DNA of 64,000 bases from Raillietiella orientalis (taxonomy: Eukaryota), in NCBI GenBank assembly GCA_036172245.1, contig JAYWIR010000020.1:372001-436000 (forward strand), in the 5' to 3' direction. The notes under the pieces were generated by a model. That model was not told the DNA's origin and made no database searches. It worked only from the letters and a program-made list of their open reading frames with translations. The position numbers and the translations under genes are program-made. Shown piece by piece: positions 53,042 to 64,000 of the stretch (position 1 is the stretch's first letter; each line of letters begins with the position of its first letter).

Positions 53042-56000
53042 ATGTCAGAAGAAAGCCATCCCAGAACACTGTAAATATTTTCGCCTGCATTGGAAATCGT
53101 AATTCCATATTTTGTATCTTTTAGGTATGTTGGAAATTTAGATGTGTCTGTCACAGAAGAATTAATATTGGCATTATTTGGACAAATTGGACAAGTGAAG
53201 GGTTGTAAAATCATCCATGAGGTATGTATAAATTATAACTTCACTTATAAGACTAATGCGCCAGTAGTTCATTCCTTATCACCATTGACACAATATAGTG
53301 GCAAAAAAAAAAAAAAAAACAAATGTTCTCCATGTTAATTTAAGCATAATACTTAGAATATCTAGAAATATCACATGATACAAAAGTTCAGTTCTGTCGA
53401 GAGTTTTTTGGAATGCTATTTGGTAATTGTGAGGTGGTCCTGCACCCTTCTTTTTTTTTTTCACTGTCTCTCGTGTTAGGAGTACTCACTGAACCAGTAA
53501 TTTATGTTTTTCAATACATTATATTTATTAAATGACTAGAGATTCAATGTTCTTATTTATTCAGCTAAGTAGGGATTTATGGAAAGTTTTTTGTTTAGAT
53601 GTCAAATTGATTATTTCAATTCAGTCTGTCTTTTTCATTAAGAAGACAAATCCTGTTCATATCGATATTGCAGCTTTCACTTTTACAAGGATTTTCTATA
53701 AGTATAGGAAGAATGGCAAAGTTCATCAGGCAGGATGCCTGTTTGAATCCTTCAGTTTAGCAATAAGTATTATTTTTTCTTGCAGCTCACCTATTCGCTC
53801 CTGAGATTTAAGCCTGTTCTGTGCTCTGATACATGTCCGGTGCAGGGCAATTTCCGCCAGGTATCTGTTTTACTATTTAAATATTCTCTAGCAAATTAGG
53901 ATAGTTATCATTATATAAGTGAAAGTGTACTAATATTATTTATTGGACCCAATGAGGAGATAATTTCTAGTTCAGAGTACAGGTATTGAATTTATATTTT
54001 TCTTTGGACAAGATGATACTGAAATAGGAAGATTCCAGGTACTTTATTCCTTAATAATGTAAAATGCCTTCACAGACATGACAAGTGTTTGTCCTCACTT
54101 TCCAGAACGTACACTTAATTTAGTGTAAGAAGAGTGGGCACATAAGATGTAAGTGTTTTGTTTTTTTTCTTTACACAATTTCTGTTAGGGAGATGGTTTG
54201 GCATTTTCTCTTGTTGCTGGAAATCATAATTGGATGGTAAGATTTTTTTTTTTATTCTTAATGAAATCCCTTTGTACTCTGGAATGAGCAACATGTATGT
54301 TTACCGTGTAGTGAAGTGAAATGCCTTGTGTGCACCTTGTACCAGTACTTGGCTGAAAGGACACTGGCACTGGTATCTTCAGTGGGGTGGAGCTGTGGAG
54401 CACCTTGCCGTAAGTTGCACCTCTCATACAGTTTGTTTTCTCATGAGACGGTGAGATAGTCTCTTCTTTGTCTGGTTTTCTTGCATTGAGCTATGCTTGA
54501 AATTTGAAATTGAAAAGTATCTCTGGAAGGTATGGGTTGCCAGTCCACAAACACACTCCTCATATTTTTGTGTATTATTTACACATCATATGCATTCCCT
54601 TTTTGTGAGAGAACAATGGATCGCAATTTCCTCCAGTTTTTTCCTCTTCAGCTTCTCATCATAGTAGAATATGGCACATTCTCTATATGAGATTTTATAC
54701 ATGTTGAGTAAGGCATTGTGTGTACATGCTTGCTAATATTAATGGTTGACACTTATACCAGTGGTACAACAATTTAAGGGAAGCAAGCTACATCTGAATG
54801 TTTGCAGTTTACTAACCGTCAGTGCTTGACTTCCCTACAGCTACAGCTGGGCAGTGTTCTCTCAGGATTGGCCCTTTGGTGATATGCTTATCATACAAAT
54901 TGTGAATCTGCATATTGTATTTTTGAGATTATATGTGTACAGGACTATAACCTAAATGTGTTTTTATTCATTTCTAGAGGAAGGAATTTCTTCATTATAT
55001 GGACAGTAATACCCTTGTGGAAAAATCTGGAAATAAAAATTAAAATTCCGGGCAGCAATAGAACTTGGTTTAATTTTATATTCTTTTGTTTACCTTTATT
55101 ATCTTATCAACATATTTTCTTGTGTTAGTAAATGTTGAGGATTAGTTGCATGAGATTCCTGTTTGTGGTTGTTGAGGGTTGCTATACCATGCTTTTGTTT
55201 CAGCCCGGAAATGATCCTTATTGCTTTGTGGAGTTTGCTGATCACCCTTCAGCTTCTGCTGCCCTTGGTGCCATGAACAAACGGCTTTGTCTTGGCAAAG
55301 TAGGTTATTTTTCCTTTGTTTGTTTTGTTTATTATGTTATTGTTTTGCATGTATCCATTGTTTTTTATGGCCTTATGAAGTAAACGTAATTGTCTACCAT
55401 ACCTGCTCACAAAGCATTTGCTCAAAATATAATTTCCTTTTAGAGCACACATATATTTATTATGGATATGTTTCTTATGTGTGAATTTAATCAATGGACA
55501 TGTCAGAGTAGTATTAAAACAACCTTATGATTTATGTAGTTCTTATATTCAAAATGCACAAACATTAGGGATACTGTGCAGCTTTTTGTTGTATTTTTTT
55601 TCAACCAAAGGATTTTTATTTTCAGGAAATGAAAGTGAATTGGGCTACATCACCAGGCAGCCACAACAAGACTGATACAAGCAGTAAGTTATAACCTATA
55701 ATAGTTAATTGGAGAAATTGATCTGGGTTGGTTTGATGGAGCTTTCCTGAAGGATGGAAGTGTACTGTTGCTATGTAGCTTGTTACTTTGGCAAAAACTA
55801 TGATCCCGAGTTCCAGTATTTTTCAGTTTGCTGAAGACTTGTTTAGCGTTTTCTTAATTAAGTTGTACCAAACATTATTTGAGCACTCTGTGTTAGCAAA
55901 AATGCCTGTTCAGTTTTCCTAGTTCGGTGGATTTGTAACTAAGGTCTTATTATTCGGAAATAAGATTGTTTACACAACCTTCAAAGGATTGTACTGATTG

Positions 56001-59000
56001 TAGTACATATTTCATTTTTATAGGATGTTCTTTTCTTGTTTTGAGTTTTGATCATTCTGATGATTCTAGTAATTGGATGTATTCTGATTTTAAGTTAGGT
56101 ACAAATTATGTTTAAATTGATTGCTTTTTTATGTGTTCAATTGACTACAATAATTTCAGATGAGAATATGTTTAGAGATCTGTAGAGAATATCTTAGAGA
56201 TTGTAGCCTGAGTCTTTGGAGCATTTGTTTTTTCGTGGATGTAATTATTATCTTGTTTATCATTCTTTGAAATTCTGTATTTTTAAAGAATCTTCATTAC
56301 TGCATGTTCATTAGTGTATAATTTTTTCGAAATTTCCATTGAGAAAAGTGTGCTTAGTATCTGAAAGTATCATTTTTGGTATTTCATGACGGTTTTTTAT
56401 GTTTATGGCTTTATGTCATGTGTTTTCAAGTTGGTTCTAGTTGATTTCGGATATGCAAATCAAATTTAAATACGCTTCCGATTTACCAGTAGTGAGGATT
56501 CTTTATTAGTTTGTAACAGTAATAACGTGCAAATTCCATCATACTGTTTCTCAAGCCATTTGCTAGCTTTATTATTTAAAAAAGTGTGCACACACAAGTG
56601 AACTCTTGCTTCCATTTGATTTGCAGTAGGTAAATGCAGTATATTTTAAGTTTTTTAAAGTCTGTGTACAGCACAAGATTAGTCGTTTGGTGTTTTTAGT
56701 TTTCCCGTTTTTTCCCATTATTTATATCCATAGTTTTATGTATCCTGGAAGTTTCTTATTCCTTGTTTTTATCTGCATTAAAATTTCCTGTTTGGGTCGT
56801 AGTGTCTAGTTACGATAGTAATTTATTAAACTAATCTTTTAAGCGCGCTTTTTTTTTTAACTGTACGGAGTTCTGTACAAAGAATTTCGAGTACTTAAAA
56901 ATACTGTTATTTTTACGTGTGACAATGTAAACCATTTATTAAGCTGTTTTTTATAAGTGTGTTCTTGTGAAATATTCTATGTAAACTGACTTTCGTAATG
57001 CTTTTATGGAAACGAGTAAATGATTGCAGTTGCCTGCAAATTTGTATTATTGAAAGTAAAACATCGTTTTCAATAAAGTTGAGTTTTTTTTAATTTCCAT
57101 ATCGCCATCTTTTCACTGCGCTTCGTATCCACAGTTTGAACTTTATTTTATTTTAGTAATTACAGGTTTCCTCTATAGTTTCGCGTATTTTCCAGCAAAC
57201 CGTAATCATTTTTAGTTGGTATTTCAATCGAATTTTCAGTCATTTTTTCAGTCCAGATATGTAATTTCAGACAGCGTTTTCATGCCCGATAATTTGTGAG
57301 AGAAGAACATTGCCCTTCGACTACGTCGAATGAGGTTCGCAGTCGCATTTTCGTAAAGGAATTGATGCTAAAATAAGTGTAAATAACACAAGACAGATTA
57401 TACATAAAAATATGTGAAACTTGTTTTCATGTTTATTTACTGCGAAGTTACTGCTCATCCTTATTAAAATATCCATTTTATAAGGGCTGCCAGACTGTTA
57501 ATTTTCTTTATAAAATCTTATGAACCATGTATATACGAGGCTTGATTAGTTTTCAGTTGATAAAAAAAATTAAATAGGCGCCTACGTAGTCGGGGTTTTA
57601 AAACATATAGTGGTTTCCCGTGTATTCAATTGCAATTTGTAATAATAATAATAATGATGTTTCTCTCTTAGCATCCGGTATCTGATGTGTTTAAAATTAT
57701 TTGGTGGCCTTTTTTCCCCCCTTCTTCTTCATTTTCTTGTCTTTCTTTTTACACAAACTTCTGCGCCGAATTCGTTGTCAGATTTAAAAGACAAGAGCTC
57801 TCTCATGCACAGCGCTGCAGGGTACTAAGCACTTTGTTTCTGTAGCAGTTTTCAGTGTTAAAAGCTGGTATGCAATGGCAAGTGTATTCTAGCATACATG
57901 TAGTTGTTACAATGTTCATACGAGTGGTTTCTGTTCATATAGCAGATAATATAGCCTCATAATCATTTTTTAGTTTTCTTGTTTCATTATAATCATCCTG
58001 TTAGAGAAGTGGATATGTTTCCTTATTTCGTCGTGCTGAAATTCGTAGATGTGTTTCTGAGTTATGTTTGATCGTGACCACCAGTGGTCCATGACCATGT
58101 TTGTAATCCCAGCAACTCCTTTGGCACTACCAGCATGTAGTTTTCCTCCAGCAGTTTTTTCGAAAAAAATGTATGCTACTTCCAAAGATGGTAAAGAAAA
58201 TTATATCCACTACTACTTTCTGTTTAATTATTGCTTGTACCATGTTCAAATCTTTGTGTTCTCTGGTGTGCAAATTTCAAAATTGTAAATCGCTGATGCT
58301 CTTGTGAAATTTCGGATGTCGTATGAATCATATTGGTGCTTGTAAACAAATTCTAAAAAGTTTTCAAAGCAGCATTTTCTTTTGTAATTTTTACTTGCGA
58401 TTGCAACGGATTAGGAAGTTTGTAAGCTGCGTTCAAAATTTTCCGTTCACCCTATTTTGATGATTTTTTCGAATCTTTGAAGCAAGCATCATATTGTGTT
58501 TTGAAATTCCTCTTTCGGCAGAGGAATTTCTATTTTCCCGGAGATTCTGCAAAAAAAAAAAAAAAAAGAAAGGTAAAAATTTTGCGAGGAATAGCTCGGT
58601 AGAAGCTGAAAAGCGAGTTGGATCCTATTTGAATTGGGGATCTGTAATCGTCGCCGTTCGAAAGTTTATAAGGGTTTATAAGCTTTCTCTCTCTCTCTCT
58701 CTCCTTCTCCCCCTCCCCATTCAAACATTCGTGTCGATTGTTGTTTTTCTCGCGCATGGGAGTGTACACTCGCCTCCGTTTTTAGCCTAGTCGCTGTCTG
58801 CGGTTCTGTTCCTTTTGCAATAATTCCCCCCCCCCCCCATAATCACATTCGTGTAATGGGTTTTTTAATTTATAAATCTGCAGGAGTCTCTGCAGGGCGC
58901 GAAATGGCAAAGCGGTAATTTATTGAAATCAATTAGCTTTATAAATCCGATCATAAATTGCCACATGCGTTGGTTCGTTCCGTGGTCTGGTGAAGCAGTT

Positions 59001-62000
59001 TTCCGAAGGAGTGGGCGGAATTCAGTTCTGATCTGATTCGTCGTTTGTACATATTTTCATCCTACGTTTTATTTTTTTTTTTCCCCTGTACGTTAATTTG
59101 GAAGCCCGTTCTTGCGCGTACAGCTTTTGTTCAGCTGCGTGTGTTTCGAGTCTTCGGAAACCATTGCGGAGTTCCAAAGTGAATCATTCCAAAATGAATA
59201 AATGTTCTCCATGGCGTTCTCATCCTGAATCCAGGTTCCCCTTGCATCGTGTAGGGTCGAAGCTCGGTTGTCAGACCAGCTGGGTTTGTAGAATTCATCT
59301 GCAGTTCGTTTGTGCATTCCCTCTATTTGCGGCAGTTGGCAGCTTGCTTCCATCGTAGCAGATTTGCGTTTAAGCAGATTTGTTAGCCAGCCGACGGACC
59401 ACAGAATCACGACGACATTCATTCAAAGCCATGCATAACGTTGCGTTGGGTACGTTTCTTTGCAGAGACGCCCCCATATTCTGAAAATTGATCACGATTG
59501 AAATTGATTATATTGCGAGCCCCCCCCCCCCATAATTTGTTGTACATACAGCTCACAGAAGATTGCTTTCACTGAGTTTTCATTTTTCTCAGCGATGCAT
59601 CTTTCCAAATATCACAATAGTTTCCAACATCGTCTTTGGACCGTTTTTTTTTTTTTTTTTTGATGGACTTATTCGTTTCTTCCTTGAAGTCTAATCGTTT
59701 TTGAAATCAGCTTCACAATTTATCCATAAACTATCTTCATTTCGTGTCATACTGCATAGATTTTAATGGTATAACAACGCAAAGACGTCCTATGGGATTC
59801 TAGTTTTCAAGAGGTTCATGTGACCCACTGTTTCTCGTGTGTCCTCTCGCAGCAGCTGGTCATGTGTCAGGCAGTTTCTTTTGGCGATTCCCACTATGTT
59901 TGATTTGCACATAGCAGTCCGAAATCGTGCGGCATTCCGTTTTTAGTAAGGTAGACGACATGTACGGAGGATGAACCCTTAGCAACCTTCAGATGCTCGG
60001 CGAAGGGTTGCATTAAAGGGCAGCCTGCAGTCTCTCTGTTTATAAATTGTTTTAGTTCGCAAATGAATAAAAAGTAAAAAAACACTTTCTCTCTGCCTAT
60101 GATAAATGCCATTTGAGGGAATTCATTTTGCTATGCCGATATGAAAGTGCAGGAAATATCTTTTGAACGTAGTTACGTTAACAGTGTCGTCAGAGTGCAC
60201 GTTTTGAACGTCCATCGGTATCCTCGCAATCAAATGTGTTCAGAGTGTGTACATTATGTAGCTTCCTACCCTTTAATTCAGTGCACGTGTTGATGTTTGT
60301 TCTTGTTTCAGAACACTTTCATATATTCGTTGGAGATCTTAGTCCCGAAATCGAAACGCAGACGCTTAGAGAAGCCTTTTTACCTTTCGGAGAAATATCG
60401 TAAGTATTTTTTGTTTCCTAGGTTGAAGCTGCAAATGTAAATCGTTCAGTAGTTGCATTAATTTTGGAACATTGGAAAAAAAAAAGTTAAACTTTTTTTT
60501 TTTTTTATTGCGATAGTCAACTTATGTTAGTATTCTAATGTGAACTTGCGCACAGTCATCTGTAGGCTTGTGTGTTGCCACCTAAATCACCAAGTCAGTC
60601 AGTCAGTCTTAAAGAAAGTTTTTATGGGTAAATTATTTTGTAAATTACAAGAGCGAAAAATTCAGGAAATGAAAAGAGGGGGAAGATATGTACTTGCCAA
60701 AAAGTTATGAGATGCAACTGAAGGGATACATATATGCCCCGTGGAAATCATATAGATATCGATAGAGGTTTTTAGATGAAATATTGTCCGAGTATTACTT
60801 ATGGTTTTTTTTTTTTTTTTACTTATATTTACTCGAATTGAACTGTTATCCTCGAAATGCCCGAGGTGTGGTTTGAAAAGTTTTGTACCTGTAGGGCTTT
60901 TTATTCTTCCAATTCGGAAACATAGTCACGAAGGCATTTGTACACATCATTACATATCCGACTGTACACATCATTACAGCAGGCTGAAGTTATTTTTCAT
61001 GACTACATTGACTTTTTTATTTTTCGAGTTATTTCGTTTTTTCAAGTAAGTTTCTCTTTTAAATACGTTGGGGAATTTTCGTATAATTATGCACTTGTAG
61101 AAAATTGTGCTGATATTCCGTGCGGTGAATTGTCAGAATCCGAACTGTCCGCAAGTCTGTACAAATGATCAACCGGAAACGAAAACTCTATATGCTTACA
61201 GAATCATACAATTAAGGATCGTGAAAGATTCAATCAGCTCATTTGCTCACATTACAAAGTAGAATGCGCACTTTGATTCAAAGATTTCTCAGAGTGCTGC
61301 CCTGATTTTGGGTTTTCCTTGAACGCGCAGTGTTTATCGGTTTGTAACTCTGTACCGTAGCAAACAGCAAATTTACTTGTGGTACATCCATAAAAAAATG
61401 AGTACCTTTCATACCAATATCAGAGCATGGGTTACGCAATAAATAATACTTCCTGCCTACCGTGATTTTTGTATTTTATGAATAGGTGTTTCTGCCACCG
61501 TTAAAGGTCGTAATTTGAATGCGATGGTTAAGTTGGTTAACTTCTAAATTTCGCTTCCATTTGTGCGAAATTCGTATAGATACAGAATCATGATTATGTA
61601 CGTATATATACCCGATTAGTATTGTGTGTGATATACGTATGTATCGGTGTGATGCAAATATGTGTTTATAGAAATACGTAATTGTAAGTGATTCTACTTA
61701 TTACTATTGTACATTGCAAAATTTACAGTATTTGTAATTTATATACACTTAAAGAAGTGATTGCTACATGTATGTGTTTTGAGATGAATACACATGCACA
61801 AGCTGTCAGATGTGTTCCTGTAGGAATTCGTAGTTCTATGGTGAATAGGCTTTTTGCCCTGTCTCCTATTTTCTTTTGAGACGGCGTGAAGTTATTTTCA
61901 AGTGTATTGAATTTTTTTCAACTTTGGAACTTTTGAATGGAGCGTTATTTTTTGAGCATTCTAAATCCACAACTATTACTCGTAGATCGCATCATAGGTT

Positions 62001-63514
62001 ATCTATGCAAATGGTTTGATTCATTTTTCCACACAGCAAAAAGAATTTGCCAACGTAATCGATGTACGTTATCTCCATTTGAATTCATCTTGTCTTTTTT
62101 TTCGTACTGCTTTTTTTTTTTATAGCCTTAATAACAGTTAGATCAAAGCACTTCTAATCGGTGGATGCTGTATGTCTACAAGCAGTATTATATCGAATGC
62201 AAGCTTTATTTTGTTAATTTTTGCGCGTTCTAATTATCCTTTTGCTTGTATTTGATAATCATTTTCATCTTTGTTAGAAAGGGTTGCATAAAGACGAAAT
62301 GTGATGTCGAAAAATGATTTTGGGATACTCTGAGAAGCTTTGTTTTCTGTTTGTAAGTTCACATTAGAAACTCGGTGGCTTTTTTAGCTTACAGCAGCAG
62401 CAGAATGCAAAACAGATATGCCATGCGTGCATCGATGATACTTAAATTCACGGTTCAAAATTGGTCTCTCCCTGTTTTGGAGAGGCTTCTGATTTGCCAG
62501 CACATTCGTTCCATTATGGATCCATCCGTAGTTTTACGATAAATTGAGTTATCCCTTAGAAATGAGCGCTGTGTACCGATTAAGTTTTAGAAATCTTGCA
62601 CGCCTGATATTTTCATACAGATGAATTTTGAGCTGTTTCATGTGTTATATGAAATGTTTCTAACTGTTCTTAGAGATTGTCGTGTTGTTAGAGATCCGCA
62701 GACTCTGAAATCTAAAGGCTATGGTTTTGTATCATTTGTGAAGAAAACGGTTAGTAACTGGATCATGTTTTCTATTATTATGCTTTATAAACTTCTTCAG
62801 GATGCTGAGACGGCTATTGCTTCAATGAATGGAACATGGCTAGGAAGTCGCAATATCCGTACGAACTGGGCAACACGTAAACCGGTACCCAAAACGAATG
62901 AAGGTATTTCTGTATAACATTCAGCATAACAATTATGTTCTTGCTAGCTGGAAATCAGAAAACTCTTACATTTGACGAAGTTTATAATCAGAGTAGCCCA
63001 ACCAATTGTACTGTGTACTGTGGCGGTGTAACTTACGGTTTAAGTGAGGAACTTATGCAGAAAACATTCACTCCTTTTGGAACTATTCAAGAGATTCGAG
63101 TATTTAAAGATAAAGGCTACGCATTTGTTAGGTGAGTAAACTTTTGAAACGTTCAGAAGTAATGACGACATCAACGCAGATTTGCATCAAAGGAGGCTGC
63201 TACTCATGCAATAGTTTCTGTTCATAATACGGATATAAACGGGCATTCAGTCAAATGTTCATGGGGTAAAGAGTCAAATGATCCGACGTCCATGTTGCCA
63301 CCTGGACAAATGGTAACATACTTAGACTCGACTTTCGTATGCAGTTTCCTTTCTTCAGCCATTATCTAATGCGCAGTTCCCGTACGCGCAATATGGGCAG
63401 CAAATGAGCTACTGGACCTGCCCGCCCCCAATTCCACAAATGCAAAACCAAATATTTCAGCAAGGTTATCCTTATGGGCAGTTCGGTGGTTACCAGCAAG
63501 GCTACGTGGGGTAG
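53042..63514 (+). CDS. TIAL1: TIA1/TIAR-family RNA-binding protein (Rox8-like; 3 RRMs + Q/Y/G-rich tail)
   Basis: Exons 53042..53070, 53125..53221, 55204..55299, 55626..55683, 60312..60399, 62674..62749, 62801..62903, 62948..63131, 63180..63312, 63359..63510 or 63514. Peptides [81 protein letters not shown]. The C-terminus either stops at TAG 63512-63514 or splices at 63510. Confidence 0.96.
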
Positions 63515-64000
63515 GTGTTTGGTCACAGCAGCCGTCTACGTTCCGCACATCAGTCTCAATTCCACAAGTCTCCCAATTATTATATACTCTAAAAAGGAAA
63601 CACTTTTTTCAAGCAGACAACTAGTATCTTCTTCTGTATGTTACGTCCCTCTCCTCACCCTCATCCTATACCCAAATGGCTGCTCGAGCTCTCCCATTTA
63701 CGAACCACCATTCCTGGTGAAAATGGAAAAGTCAAGCGTGTTGCCCTTGTACAAAGTAAATAAATATATAAGATGGAGTAGTGGTTTCATTTTCCTCCAT
63801 GTTGTTATTAACCCTTGACCCTCAATGATTGAAAAACATTGCTTTCAATATTTCTGTTATAGGTCGCCTCTAGATATTGCAGCCTCCATCAGAAGGTAAA
63901 TAAGCGTACGTTATAAGCACGCGATCTCTGCATCATTCCCTGCTTGCACGTGGGCATGAGCTCTTCTCTTGCTTGATGTATTTATCTCCCAACTCGCGGG

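Noticed and set aside
60757..60764. Perfect DRE-like TATCGATA
   Set aside because: Deep inside a TIAR intron with no other promoter evidence.
1952..62125. Most 60-130 aa ORFs in the supplied track
   Set aside because: Intronic, antisense or low-complexity ORFs (poly-F/K from homopolymers) called with bacterial-style start codons; expected by chance.

Overview
Eukaryotic, AT-rich genomic DNA from an animal; the protein sequences point to an arthropod (inference). No prokaryotic systems, rRNA, tRNA or CRISPR were seen. Four intron-containing genes could be rebuilt by hand from splice sites and reading phase: (1) a tay bridge/AUTS2-family gene on the minus strand, 17773 to beyond the left edge, mostly invisible in the ORF track and containing 36-nt and 27-nt microexons and a GC-AG intron; (2) PUF60/half pint, minus strand, 33002..36540; (3) METTL2 tRNA m3C methyltransferase, plus strand, 40489..44751, complete at 299 aa; (4) TIA1/TIAR (Rox8), plus strand, 53042..63514 or beyond. 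The intergenic stretches hold decayed transposon remnants (Tc1/mariner, mariner, MULE, possibly a LINE). The most interesting signals concern splicing: many 38-58 nt introns, a cluster of candidate cassette and poison exons with U-rich downstream tracts in TIAR intron 2 (possible autoregulation), an unresolved phase gap with a candidate poison exon in PUF60, and conserved AUTS2-like microexons. I found no evidence for a wholly new multi-gene system.
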